Source of the DNA: Candidatus Sulfomarinibacteraceae bacterium | GTDB lineage: Bacteria > Acidobacteriota > Thermoanaerobaculia > Thermoanaerobaculales > Sulfomarinibacteraceae | Direction: 5' to 3' | NCBI GenBank assembly: GCA_963796455.1 | Contig: CAWCLO010000003.1 | Location: forward strand, 192,001-256,000 | Length of the DNA: 64,000 nt | In this document: positions 18,605 through 27,685 of the stretch, piece after piece | Numbering within the stretch: the stretch's first letter is position 1 | Layout: each line of letters begins with the position of its first letter | Notes under the pieces: generated by a model | Told to the model about the DNA's origin: nothing | Databases searched by the model: none | Seen by the model: the letters and a program-made list of their open reading frames with translations, nothing else | Position numbers and translations under genes: made by a program

Positions 18605-20379
18605 ACCAGCACCTCCCGCCGGAGCGCGCTCATCTCCAGCACCTTCTCGATCTTGTCCTCGACCTCGGCGACGGTCAGGTTCTTACCACCGGACCGCTTG
18701 TAGACGTAGGTGTGTCCCTCGGGCAATTCGAGGAATGTCTGCAAGTACTTGTAGAACTGGGCAGAGAAGCTCAGCTCGATGACGATGACCTCACGGACGC
18801 TCTGGAGGAACTCTTGAAACTCGGCTGTCGGGAATGGATAAAGAAGCTGCGGCACAAAGGCGGCGACCCGTTCGCCACGTCCGTTGGCGGCCAGAACCGC
18901 CTCTTTGACCGGGCCCTTGGATGAACCCCAGCAGATAATGCCGAGATCGGCTTTCTCGGCGCCATAGCGCCGGTAGAAGCTGTACTTGTCGCGGACCAGG
19001 CGCAGCTTGCGGTAACGCTTTTCGTTCATCTGTTCGTGGACGATGTGCATCGAGGTCGGCGAACCGTCTTCTTTGTGCTCGAGACCGTTGGTCTGGTACT
19101 CGCCGCCCTTCATCCCAGGCCACGACATGGGGGAGACGCCGGACTTGGTGTCCTTGTATCGTTTGTATTCCCTCAGATCCCCCGCCGACGGCACCTGGCG
19201 GCCAATCACCTCGTGGTCGAGGGTCAGCATCGACAGGGTTTCGCGTCGTTGGGCGATGAACTGATCGGAGAGCACGATGACCGGCATCTGCGCTTCTTCG
19301 GCAATGTTGAACGCGGCCACGGTGGCGTGGAAGCAGTCCTCCACATCGGCCGGTGCCAGCACCACGCGGGGCGCGTCGCCGTGCGAGCCCCACAGGGCCT
19401 GCCAGAGATCGGACTGTTCCGATTTGGTCGGAAGACCGGTGGAAGGGCCACCGCGCTGGACATCGATGATGACCGCGGGGATTTCGGCCATCGAGGCCAG
19501 ACCCAGCATTTCGGTCATCAGTGCGAGACCGGGGCCGGAGGTTGCCGTCATCGATTTGACACCGGCAAAGGATCCACCGATCACGGCACCGATTGCCGAC
19601 AACTCGTCCTCGGTCTGGACGAGATAACCACCGACCTTGGGCATCAGCTCGGACAACAGGTGAAGAACCTCGGACGAAGGAGTGATCGGATAACCTGCAA
19701 AAAAGCGACACCCGGCGTGCAGGGCTGCAATCGCCGAAAGTTCGTTACCCGACATCAGCAACATCGGCTCGGCGGGGGTGAACTGGAGGCGTTTACCCGA
19801 GGCCTCGTCACCCACCTTCTTCGCGTAATCTTTTCCGGCGTTGAAGCCCTTGATATTGGCTTCCAATACCTCTTTTTTCTTTTTGCTGAACTTCGTGGTG
19901 ATCGCACTCTCCATCGCATCCGTCGGCAGGTTGAAGAGTTCGCCGAGGAGGCCGAGGGTGACGATGTTTTTTGCCAGGGCCGTTCCGGCGGATTCCTTGG
20001 CGAGCTCGATGAATGGCACTGGAATCCAGCGCACCTCCTCGACCGGCCCAAGGTCGATCTGATCGCGCGGGGTCTCATCGGTCGCCTCATAGAGCACGAC
20101 ACAGTCATCGGCGGCCAGAATCTCACCCCGGAACTGGGCGAAATCAGCCCAGTTGAAGACCACCAGGACCTGCACCAGATCCCCCTGGGCAAAAATCGGA
20201 TCGGCGCTGAGCCGCACAGTACACGAGGATTCTCCACCCCGGATCTGCGGCCCATAGGCCTCTACCTTCATGACGTGAAGACCCTTCGACGCGCCTGCTT
20301 GCGCCATCATGTCTCCGACGGTGATGACTCCGTCACCACCAGATCCGACGATCGCGAACGTCAAGTCCCGTGTCGGCAT
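18601..20379 (-). CDS. 2-oxoacid:acceptor oxidoreductase alpha subunit (gamma-alpha fusion, KorA-like)
   Basis: GSGGDGV, YGPQIRGGES, AGYPITPSSE and QRGGPSTGLPT. GGGAGG RBS before ATG 20379. Confidence 0.93.
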   Translation of the reverse strand: MPTRDLTFAIVGSGGDGVITVGDMMAQAGASKGLHVMKVEAYGPQIRGGESSCTVRLSADPIFAQGDLVQVLVVFNWADFAQFRGEILAADDCVVLYEATDETPRDQIDLGPVEEVRWIPVPFIELAKESAGTALAKNIVTLGLLGELFNLPTDAMESAITTKFSKKKKEVLEANIKGFNAGKDYAKKVGDEASGKRLQFTPAEPMLLMSGNELSAIAALHAGCRFFAGYPITPSSEVLHLLSELMPKVGGYLVQTEDELSAIGAVIGGSFAGVKSMTATSGPGLALMTEMLGLASMAEIPAVIIDVQRGGPSTGLPTKSEQSDLWQALWGSHGDAPRVVLAPADVEDCFHATVAAFNIAEEAQMPVIVLSDQFIAQRRETLSMLTLDHEVIGRQVPSAGDLREYKRYKDTKSGVSPMSWPGMKGGEYQTNGLEHKEDGSPTSMHIVHEQMNEKRYRKLRLVRDKYSFYRRYGAEKADLGIICWGSSKGPVKEAVLAANGRGERVAAFVPQLLYPFPTAEFQEFLQSVREVIVIELSFSAQFYKYLQTFLELPEGHTYVYKRSGGKNLTVAEVEDKIEKVLEMSALRREVLV

Positions 20380-20515
20380 GAAATTTCCTCCCTTGATTGC
20401 GATACGAGCCCGATATCTACCGGGCATACGCTGCGGAATTCGAATGGCGTCGGTCCGCCGTACTTTTCAAAAATCGCTGCTCAGCACATCTGCGGGCATC
20501 CACCCGCCATATGAG

Positions 20516-20544
20516 ATTGTGAACCCTTTCACATCATTTGTCCA
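20516..20544 (-). promoter_or_regulatory. Rex-like (also CRP-consensus) operator overlapping a candidate promoter
   Basis: TTGTGAA-CCCT-TTCACAT at 20517-20534. Minus-strand TGGACA-N17-CACAAT. Confidence 0.6.
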
Positions 20545-20604
20545 CCGTTCGATTCCGGGGGCCCGCGAAGCTCCAGATCGAGTCCGAAAATCGAAGAAAA
20601 GAAC

Positions 20605-21396
20605 TTAGATGAGGCTTCTCCCGAGACCGCCATCAACCGCCAACGCGACTCCCGTGATCCCGGAGGAGCCCTCCGAACACAAGAAACCGACGGCTGCAGC
20701 AACCTCGTCGGGCTCGAGGAGCCGACCGACCGGCGCCTGCGCCGCCCAGCCGGCATAGACCTCCTCCACCGTCGATCCATCACGCTGCGCCACGTTTGCA
20801 GCCAACACACCGAGGCGATCGGTAGCGGTGAATCCCGGACACACCGTGTTCACCGTGACGCCATCGCAGGCCACCTCGTCGGACACGCTCTTGAGATAGC
20901 CGGTCACCGCGGCACGGAGGGCGTTGGAAAGCACCAGCCCCTGCAGGGGTTCGCGGGCCGCAATCGATGTGATGGTGACAAAGCGTCCCCACCCCGCGGC
21001 GCGCATGTCCGGGAGGGTCAGTTCGACCAGACGCTGAACCGGTAGAAGCAGAAGCTCACACGCCGCGCTGAGGTCATCGGAGGAGGCAGCCGTTGCCGCC
21101 ATTCCCGGCGGTCCACCACCATTGGCCACAACAATTTCGGGATTGCCGAAATGGCTGCGGGTTGTCTCGACGATCGCCCGTGGTGCATCAGCGTCAGTCA
21201 GATCAGCTGCACAACCGGCAACCGATGAGCCACTGGCAGCCGCGATCTCTGCAACCGCTGCGTCGACCCGTTCTTTGGAGCGCGAAACCACCATGACTTT
21301 GGCACCTGAAACCGCCAAGAGCTGCGCCACCGCAAAACCGAGACCTGAGGACGATCCGCCGACGACCGCGACTCGGCCTTCAACGCCGGGGATCAT
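20605..21396 (-). CDS. SDR family oxidoreductase
   Basis: GGSSSGLG, ANGGGP and VNTVCPG..TDR. Confidence 0.88.
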   Translation of the reverse strand: MIPGVEGRVAVVGGSSSGLGFAVAQLLAVSGAKVMVVSRSKERVDAAVAEIAAASGSSVAGCAADLTDADAPRAIVETTRSHFGNPEIVVANGGGPPGMAATAASSDDLSAACELLLLPVQRLVELTLPDMRAAGWGRFVTITSIAAREPLQGLVLSNALRAAVTGYLKSVSDEVACDGVTVNTVCPGFTATDRLGVLAANVAQRDGSTVEEVYAGWAAQAPVGRLLEPDEVAAAVGFLCSEGSSGITGVALAVDGGLGRSLI

Positions 21397-23063
21397 TGCA
21401 GACCCTCCAGCGGATAGTAGGGATCGATGTCGACGGGCAGGTCGGTCAGGCTTTCAATCGCCGCGCTCATCGCCGGGTGGACGCTGCCATAACGCTCGAC
21501 CAGAGCCCGTGCGGCGTCATAGTCGCCCAGGGCCTGGATCATCAGAAACTCCCCGGCGAGATCGCGGAAGACCTGCTCGAAACGAGCGGGCAGCGGACGA
21601 AATCTGCCGTCTTCGGTGATCTCGACCGCTCCGTGTTCGAGCAAATAGTTGGTCTGCAGCACCATCCCGAGGCCATGGGCCTCCGCGACACCGAAGCGGG
21701 TGGTTCGGAACATCCCCGCTGTATAGGTCCAGGGAAGACTGTCGAGAATCTCCGGCTCCATCACACCGCGCTCAACCAGAGCGTAGATATCGTAGACACC
21801 CAGAACATCGGCCTTGGCTTCTTCGAAAGCCGAGTACAGATCCTTGAGTTCGAGCCGCACTTCGGTTTCGCGGCCGTCGATGACGATCTGACCGGGCCCG
21901 ATGCCATGGGACAACTCGTGGTGCAGCGTGAACTGGTAGAAAGCTTCAAAGGAGATCGAGTCGGCCTCCCCCTCCGGCAGTACCCGCGCCGCGATCGGGG
22001 TCAGAATGGCGTCGTATTTGGCCCGCATGACGTTTTTCAAAAGAACCTTCTTCGATCCTTTAGCCTCGCGCACCCGCTCGTCGTTGGGCAGATTAAAGGC
22101 TATGGTCTGCACCCCAGCACGGGAATCGCCACCGACAAAGAGTTCATCCACAACCCGGATCGGGGAATCCGTGCCGCGATCGAGATTCTTGTGTTCGTCC
22201 GGAATCGGAAGGTTGCGCTCGAGGAAGGGAAGCTCGGACTTGAAGACCTCGAGCTTTGCGGAATCCTCGGGCTGGGCAACACAAACAAAGGACTCGAAGG
22301 CCGCCTTGTAGCCGAATAGCTGGTCCTCATAGGTCTCGTAGGGCCCGATGACGACCTCGATCGCCGAATCGAGATCCATCCACGCCATATCCGAGGCGTA
22401 GTAGTCGTCGGTGAAAAGGGCCTCAGCGCGGAGTTCGAGGAAATGCCGCAGGCTCTGGTTCTCGGTAGCGCCCGCCGCCGCCTTCAATTCGGTGGCCACG
22501 TCCTCGAGCAGCTCCCTGAAAGCCACCGAGTACGGCACCGCCACCAGCGCGTCGCCATCACGGCGAACAACGGTGTGGAGCGACGTGAGCGCCGCACGAT
22601 CTCCTGGGTGCGTCTCGAGCCAGGCCTCGAATTCGGCGACTGTCATGTCTTCCGGGTAATAACCCGCGCCCGGGGGATGGGGCTGATCGCCGATGAACGG
22701 ATGGTGGTGATCGAGGCGGTCCCACGGTCCGTACATGATCCGGTAGTAGTCGGCCAGGGCCTCGGCCTCATCCCCCTGGTGAGCAGCCACCAGCGGGGCC
22801 AGTTCCGGGTTTCCAGCCCACGCCTGCAGCTTGAAGATCTCATTCACCACCTTTGCTGCGGCCACAAGGTGTTCCAGCGCCTGGCGGTCGCCGTCCGACA
22901 AATGATCGAGATCCGCTGTCAAGGGCTGGACGACGAATTGAGCACGAAGGGCCGCGATATCATCCGTCACATCGAGCCCCGGTTTGTTAGGTGTCTCCTG
23001 AGGCTGGGCACAACTCAAAATCATCAAGCCACACAGCCCAAGCAACATTTTGTTTCGCCACAT
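21393..23063 (-). CDS. Peptidase M49 (dipeptidyl peptidase III-like) lipoprotein
   Basis: Lipobox ILSC. GPYETYED, AFNLPNDE, HELSHG and EEAKAD motifs. Confidence 0.85.
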   Translation of the reverse strand: MWRNKMLLGLCGLMILSCAQPQETPNKPGLDVTDDIAALRAQFVVQPLTADLDHLSDGDRQALEHLVAAAKVVNEIFKLQAWAGNPELAPLVAAHQGDEAEALADYYRIMYGPWDRLDHHHPFIGDQPHPPGAGYYPEDMTVAEFEAWLETHPGDRAALTSLHTVVRRDGDALVAVPYSVAFRELLEDVATELKAAAGATENQSLRHFLELRAEALFTDDYYASDMAWMDLDSAIEVVIGPYETYEDQLFGYKAAFESFVCVAQPEDSAKLEVFKSELPFLERNLPIPDEHKNLDRGTDSPIRVVDELFVGGDSRAGVQTIAFNLPNDERVREAKGSKKVLLKNVMRAKYDAILTPIAARVLPEGEADSISFEAFYQFTLHHELSHGIGPGQIVIDGRETEVRLELKDLYSAFEEAKADVLGVYDIYALVERGVMEPEILDSLPWTYTAGMFRTTRFGVAEAHGLGMVLQTNYLLEHGAVEITEDGRFRPLPARFEQVFRDLAGEFLMIQALGDYDAARALVERYGSVHPAMSAAIESLTDLPVDIDPYYPLEGLQ

Positions 23064-23090
23064 ATTGAACCTCCGAGATCGGCCAAACGG

Positions 23091-24257
23091 CTATTCTTCG
23101 TCCTTCGAAGCCCACACCGCGAAATCGCGGGGGCCGTTGATGACCTCGTCGAGCCGCGACCGCAGACGGTCGACCCTCTCGGCGAGCGCAGTCAGATCGA
23201 TATCCGCCACCGCACCCGTACCGCCCTCGTCATCAGCAAAGAGCTGTTCTGTCGGAAATGGGTGCAGCATCTCTCGCCGCGAGACTTTCAGCCCCGCTGC
23301 GCGCACGAAGACTTCGAGGGTTTCGGGCAGGAGCGGCCGCGAATGGGTCGGGTCCAGCCAGAAGAGTGAACCGCCGACCCGCAGCGAATGAGGATTCGGG
23401 CACTCCACGATCAAAATCCCACCCGGGCGCAGAACACGGCGAATTTCGCCAAGTACCGCCGCCAGCATATCCGGGGGCAGATGCTCGAAGAGATGAATCG
23501 CCGTCACCGCACCGACCGAACGATCAGCGAATCCACCCAGGGCCTCCAGGACGTCACCCTCGATGACCTCCAGCCCTCGCCGGACGGCAGCTGCCGTGAG
23601 GGCCGGATCTCCCTCGATACCGGAAGCCTGAATGCCGGCTTCACGCAGCAGCAAGAGCAGTTCGCCGCGACCGCAACCGAGATCGAGGACCGGCGCAGCC
23701 GGACGTAGATCGTCGAGATACCGGTCGAGACGATGCCTGATCTCCTCACTCTCACCGCGGAATGCCTCGAGCAATTCCGGCTGCACCTCGGCGAGTGCCT
23801 TTGCCAGTTTTCGCTCCGGGCTCGACCCCACCTTGACGCTTGGAAGCGGCTCTGCCAACAGCATGCGCTCGACCATCGAGGCGGTTTCTTCGAGTTCTTC
23901 GGCAAGTCGGTCGACAAGGACATCGGTCCGCGACAAGGCTGCGGGGATCACCCCGTCGCGGAGCCGGGCAATTTCACCCGAAATCTCCGCCAATGCAGTT
24001 TCCAGGCTGTCGACCCGCTTTTCGATAGGGGTCAAGCGCGCATCGCGCACTTCGGCCAGTTCGCCCTGCACGGTACGGATCGATTCTTCGATCGTGTTCA
24101 GCCGGTTTTCCGCAGCCTCATGTCGAATCGTGAAGCGACGGTTGATGCCCCACGGCGTCAACGCAGCGAGAGCCCTCACCACGCGTCGGTGAAGGCTCAT
24201 GTGCTGCCCGTCGTCGTTTGACGGGGATGAGGGCGCGGCGTGATCGTCGCCGCTCAC
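23091..24257 (-). CDS. Class I SAM-dependent methyltransferase with N-terminal coiled coil
   Basis: VLDLGCGRGE, HLFEHL, LRPGG and FWLDPTH motifs. Heptad-like N-terminal region. Confidence 0.8.
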   Translation of the reverse strand: MSGDDHAAPSSPSNDDGQHMSLHRRVVRALAALTPWGINRRFTIRHEAAENRLNTIEESIRTVQGELAEVRDARLTPIEKRVDSLETALAEISGEIARLRDGVIPAALSRTDVLVDRLAEELEETASMVERMLLAEPLPSVKVGSSPERKLAKALAEVQPELLEAFRGESEEIRHRLDRYLDDLRPAAPVLDLGCGRGELLLLLREAGIQASGIEGDPALTAAAVRRGLEVIEGDVLEALGGFADRSVGAVTAIHLFEHLPPDMLAAVLGEIRRVLRPGGILIVECPNPHSLRVGGSLFWLDPTHSRPLLPETLEVFVRAAGLKVSRREMLHPFPTEQLFADDEGGTGAVADIDLTALAERVDRLRSRLDEVINGPRDFAVWASKDEE

Positions 24258-24260
24258 CCG

Positions 24261-24881
24261 CTACTCTTCAGTCGTCTTGGTTTCGGGAAGATCTTCGTCG
24301 ACCGGGGCTTCTTCGGTGCCGGTCTCTTCGACCGCCACAGTCTCCGCCTCGAGACCGCTGTCGGTCTCCTCGGTTTCCTCAGGCTCCTCGAGCTTGCCCT
24401 CGGCGACGAATGCCGGAGCGGCCGCATCGGGATCTTCTCCCGGCCTTACGACCCGGACAGGAATGGTCACATCGATATCGCGGTGCACGTGGATCACGAT
24501 ATCGACCGCACCAAGCTCCTTGATCGGAGATTCGAGGCGAATTCTCCGACGATCGATCTCGAAGCCCTTCGCAGCCAACTCGCGTTGGAGATCGGCGGCA
24601 TTGACCGATCCGAAGAGCACGTTCTTCTCACCCGCACGGCGCTCGAAGGCGAGCTTGGTGCCGGTCAGCTCGGCGGCCAATTGTTCGGCCGCACTTCGTC
24701 GAGTCAGATCCATCTCTTCCCAACGATTCTGTTCTTGCTCGAAGCGCTTTCGATTGCCCGGCGTGTCGGGATAGGCAAGGCCCTTGGGCAGCAGGTAGTT
24801 GTTCGCGTAACCAGGCTTGACCGCAACCGATTGACCTCGTTCTCCGAGGTTCTCGATGTGGTCGTTGAGAATCACTTTCAT
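24261..24881 (-). CDS. rplI: 50S ribosomal protein L9 with acidic C-terminal tail
   Basis: MKVIL...LG..G..V.VKPGYANNYLLPKG and LFGSV. Confidence 0.97.
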   Translation of the reverse strand: MKVILNDHIENLGERGQSVAVKPGYANNYLLPKGLAYPDTPGNRKRFEQEQNRWEEMDLTRRSAAEQLAAELTGTKLAFERRAGEKNVLFGSVNAADLQRELAAKGFEIDRRRIRLESPIKELGAVDIVIHVHRDIDVTIPVRVVRPGEDPDAAAPAFVAEGKLEEPEETEETDSGLEAETVAVEETGTEEAPVDEDLPETKTTEE

Positions 24882-25858
24882 TGCGTTCCTCCGTCATCAT
24901 CAACACGGGGCCGGAGCGGGCGGAAACTGTCCGCGATGCCGAGAGTCGCAACCAACAACGGCAGCGGACCCTGCAGGCACAGCAGGGCAACCCCCCAGCG
25001 CACCAGCCATCCCCGCCCGAACCAGCGCGCGAGGTGGGCACGAATCATAGCCAAACCCTGTACAAAATACAAGATGAGGGCAACCGCCAGCAAATTGACG
25101 GCGACCCAACGTCCGACACCATTGAAGACCAGTGTTCCGATCCCGGCCAGCGCAAAGAGGGCCGCCAGGAGATCATCATTACGAAAGCTCTCGAAATCGG
25201 CGACTTCAACCGGCAGGCCGAGCAGCTGAAGGCGGGGCCGGACCCAGAACAAAACCATCACCACGTACGCCACCGGAGCGATCGGCATCAACATCGCGAT
25301 CAAGGTTTTGACCGGCTCGACCGCCACCAGGATCCTGTCGACCTCACTCTCGGGAACGCCAGATTCCAGATAGAGCTCACTGACCCCGGTCATCGCCTCG
25401 TCGGACCACACCTCGGCGGCCTCGATGGGGGTTGAAGGGCTCGCGATCCAGGTCACCACCGCCAGCGACGCGATGGACGCGGCGAGGGTCGTCGCCAGGA
25501 CCCACCGGCCCTCATTCCAACCGAATCGCACCCACATCTCCGCACTGGAGGAAGGCAGCACGATGACGAGCAGATAGCTCAACAAAAGCGGCAGAAAGAG
25601 ATCCGCGACACCGAGAAGCGCAGCCATGACCAGCAGGACGGCCACGGGGCCCCAGGCGCGCACCCCGGAACCTTCACCGGACTGGAAGTGGAATACCGGC
25701 AGCAGACCCAAGGGCGCAACCACGGCGCCAAAGGGAAAAAGAAAGTAGAGCGCACTTACTAGAAGGAGTGCGACGAGTCCGGACGCGGTTGCCCCGAGCC
25801 GCGGAACGCGCGGCATCGAGACTTTCACTTCCGGCGTTTCAGGCTGTTCGATCGTCAT
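24878..25858 (-). CDS. DUF2232/YybS-like membrane protein
   Basis: Multi-TM protein with YFVQGLA and LGIAD motifs, in the usual position between rpsR and rplI. Confidence 0.75.
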   Translation of the reverse strand: MTIEQPETPEVKVSMPRVPRLGATASGLVALLLVSALYFLFPFGAVVAPLGLLPVFHFQSGEGSGVRAWGPVAVLLVMAALLGVADLFLPLLLSYLLVIVLPSSSAEMWVRFGWNEGRWVLATTLAASIASLAVVTWIASPSTPIEAAEVWSDEAMTGVSELYLESGVPESEVDRILVAVEPVKTLIAMLMPIAPVAYVVMVLFWVRPRLQLLGLPVEVADFESFRNDDLLAALFALAGIGTLVFNGVGRWVAVNLLAVALILYFVQGLAMIRAHLARWFGRGWLVRWGVALLCLQGPLPLLVATLGIADSFRPLRPRVDDDGGTQ

Positions 25859-25921
25859 TTCGAAATCTTCGATCCGCCACCCACAATCATCGGCAGGCGG
25901 GAAGGAATCCGATGTGGCGAA

Positions 25922-26155
25922 CTAGTTGCCGGTGTACGGCATCAACGCCATGAACCGCGCGCGCTTGATCGCCCGGGTCAGCTTGTGCTGAAACGCGGGC
26001 CGCGTGCCGGTCACACGGCGGGGCAGAATCTTGCCGTTCGTCGGCGTGTACTCACGCAACAGGCCGATGTCCTTGTAGTCGATATAGTTGATTTTCTCGA
26101 CTGTGAAACGGCAGACCTTGACCCGACGGCGAAAACGTTTCTTCTGTGGTCTCAT
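25922..26155 (-). CDS. rpsR: 30S ribosomal protein S18
   Basis: IDYKD...[10 protein letters not shown]...[19 protein letters not shown]. Confidence 0.97.
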   Translation of the reverse strand: MRPQKKRFRRRVKVCRFTVEKINYIDYKDIGLLREYTPTNGKILPRRVTGTRPAFQHKLTRAIKRARFMALMPYTGN

Positions 26156-26165
26156 GACAGCCTCC

Positions 26166-26555
26166 TCATTCCGCCGCGGCCGCGGCCTCGGCCTTGGCAG
26201 CCGCTTTGGCGGCCTTCTTGGCGGCGCGGGCCTCGAGCTTGACGTCCATCTTGCGCTTGCGGCGCAGCTCGCGATCCATATTGAGGATCAGCGAACGCAT
26301 CACCGCGTCGTTGGTGCGCATCTCGAAATTGAGCTTGTCGAGAACTTCGCCTTCGACGTTGAACGCCCAAAAATGGTAGACGCCATAGTTCTTTTTCTGG
26401 ATCGGGTAGGCGAGCTGCCGGCGACCCCAGGGGTCCTTGTCGATGATATCGCCACCGGATTCGGTGATGATCGCTTCGAGCTTCTCCAGCGTTGCAGTCT
26501 CGTCCTCGGGCGGAACCTCGGGGTCGATGATGACCCCCAACTCATACAAAGGCAT
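26166..26555 (-). CDS. rpsF: 30S ribosomal protein S6
   Basis: YELGVIIDP and [12 protein letters not shown]. Confidence 0.97.
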   Translation of the reverse strand: MPLYELGVIIDPEVPPEDETATLEKLEAIITESGGDIIDKDPWGRRQLAYPIQKKNYGVYHFWAFNVEGEVLDKLNFEMRTNDAVMRSLILNMDRELRRKRKMDVKLEARAAKKAAKAAAKAEAAAAAE

Positions 26556-26561
26556 ATTTTT

Positions 26562-26606
26562 CTCCTCTCGGCCTTCGGCTCCGGGTCATTGCCAGGAGCA
26601 AGGAGT
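26562..26606 (-). promoter_or_regulatory. S6:S18-binding rpsF leader RNA
   Basis: Minus strand CUCCUU-GCUCC...GGAGC-CG...GAGGAG: a hairpin followed by CCG, with the 5' CUCCU able to pair with the SD. Matches the known rpsF leader architecture. Confidence 0.7.
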
Positions 26607-26631
26607 TTTCCCGGACGAACCGGGAGTCGGT

Positions 26632-26659
26632 ATTGTACGGGTTTTGGCCCTGAAATCAA
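26632..26659 (-). promoter_or_regulatory. Candidate sigma70 promoter for the rpsF operon
   Basis: TTGATT-N16-TACAAT on the minus strand. Confidence 0.6.
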
Positions 26660-26702
26660 GTGTTTTGTGAGTTTTTGATTCTGGATTCCGGATGCTGGAT
26701 CA

Positions 26703-27097
26703 CTCTTGTCCAAGACAGAGTCTCGGATAGCGTTCAGGAAGGGACCTGAAGGTGGGCCAAGGCCCACCTTCAGAGTTGGTTCCCAAAGCCTGGATCACTC
26801 GGCCCAGGTGGGAAGCACGGGACAGCGATCAGGGGCAGCGGCAGTGTTCAGTCGTCAGCGTCAGCGATCAGCGGCCGGGACAGTGAACAGCACTCATTTC
26901 TTCGGGGATCCGGCCTTGGTGGTGCGGCCGTCTCGGCCGCACGGTGGGCAGGAGAGACGCCGACACCACAGCGGCTGTTCCTTCTGTTGAACGACCCGGA
27001 GGTGATCACGCCGTCACTGCACCTGATTGCTGCCCCTGATCTCTGCCTCTGATCGCTGATCCCTGTCGCTGCCCCTGGACACTGTCGCTGCCGCTGC
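26703..27097. repeat. Intergenic palindromes: perfect hairpin 26746-26773 and REP-like doublet 26919-26969, flanked by inverted period-6 CAG/CTG arrays
   Basis: CTGAAGGTGGGCC-AA-GGCCCACCTTCAG. GTGGTGCGGCCGTCTCGGCCGCAC...GAGACGCCGACACCAC. CAGnnn array at about 26821-26890 and nnnCTG array at about 27013-27097. Confidence 0.75.
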
Positions 27098-27138
27098 AAA
27101 CCGGACAATAGCCCGGTCTCGGGCACGGGCTTCGATCC

Positions 27139-27495
27139 TCAATACTCGTGCGTCCCCATATGCACCGGAACGCCAAACTTCTCCTCGAGGGCCCTGGTCA
27201 CCCCGTCCACATTCATCGGGCAGTTCATCAACCCGGTCGCCTTCTTGACACAGGTTCCGAAGTAGATCTCATCGACCCCCACCCCGAGGCTGTCGAGAAC
27301 CGTCATCTGGAGATCGACCCTCGGCACCACCAAACCGGGACAGTCACCGCAGCCGGTCTTGAATACCACCCGTACATCACCCATATCCTCGAAAACAAAG
27401 GTGTTTTCGTTGACCGACTTGTAGCACTTCGCGCAACCCACGCAGCTTGCATCCTGGATTCGTTCGCAGTAAATGATGCCGATTCTTTTGCCCAT
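27139..27495 (-). CDS. CGGC domain protein
   Basis: IGIIYC..C.GC..C, GCGDCPG, FGTC, CP and C-terminal GTH. GGAGG RBS. Confidence 0.85.
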   Translation of the reverse strand: MGKRIGIIYCERIQDASCVGCAKCYKSVNENTFVFEDMGDVRVVFKTGCGDCPGLVVPRVDLQMTVLDSLGVGVDEIYFGTCVKKATGLMNCPMNVDGVTRALEEKFGVPVHMGTHEY

Positions 27496-27580
27496 CGCAA
27501 CCTCCGACCCTTCTTGATGAAAGCATCGTAAGTCGCTTTATTTAGAATAGTAAGCTGCTCAATTGAGCAAGAGCGATGCT

Positions 27581-27683
27581 GGGGCTATGACCGGCCGCTC
27601 GCGCGACCTGGCTTTGTGGCTATGAGGCAGTCCGTGGGCGGCTCAGTGCCTCATAGCATCATAGCCCCATAGCCCCATAGCCA
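27581..27683. repeat. Inverted heptamer-type repeats (GGCTATG ... CATAGCC)
   Basis: GGGGCTATGA and GGCTATGAGGC followed by GCCTCATAGC-ATCATAGC-CCCATAGC-CCCATAGCC. Confidence 0.65.
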
Positions 27684-27685
27684 AT

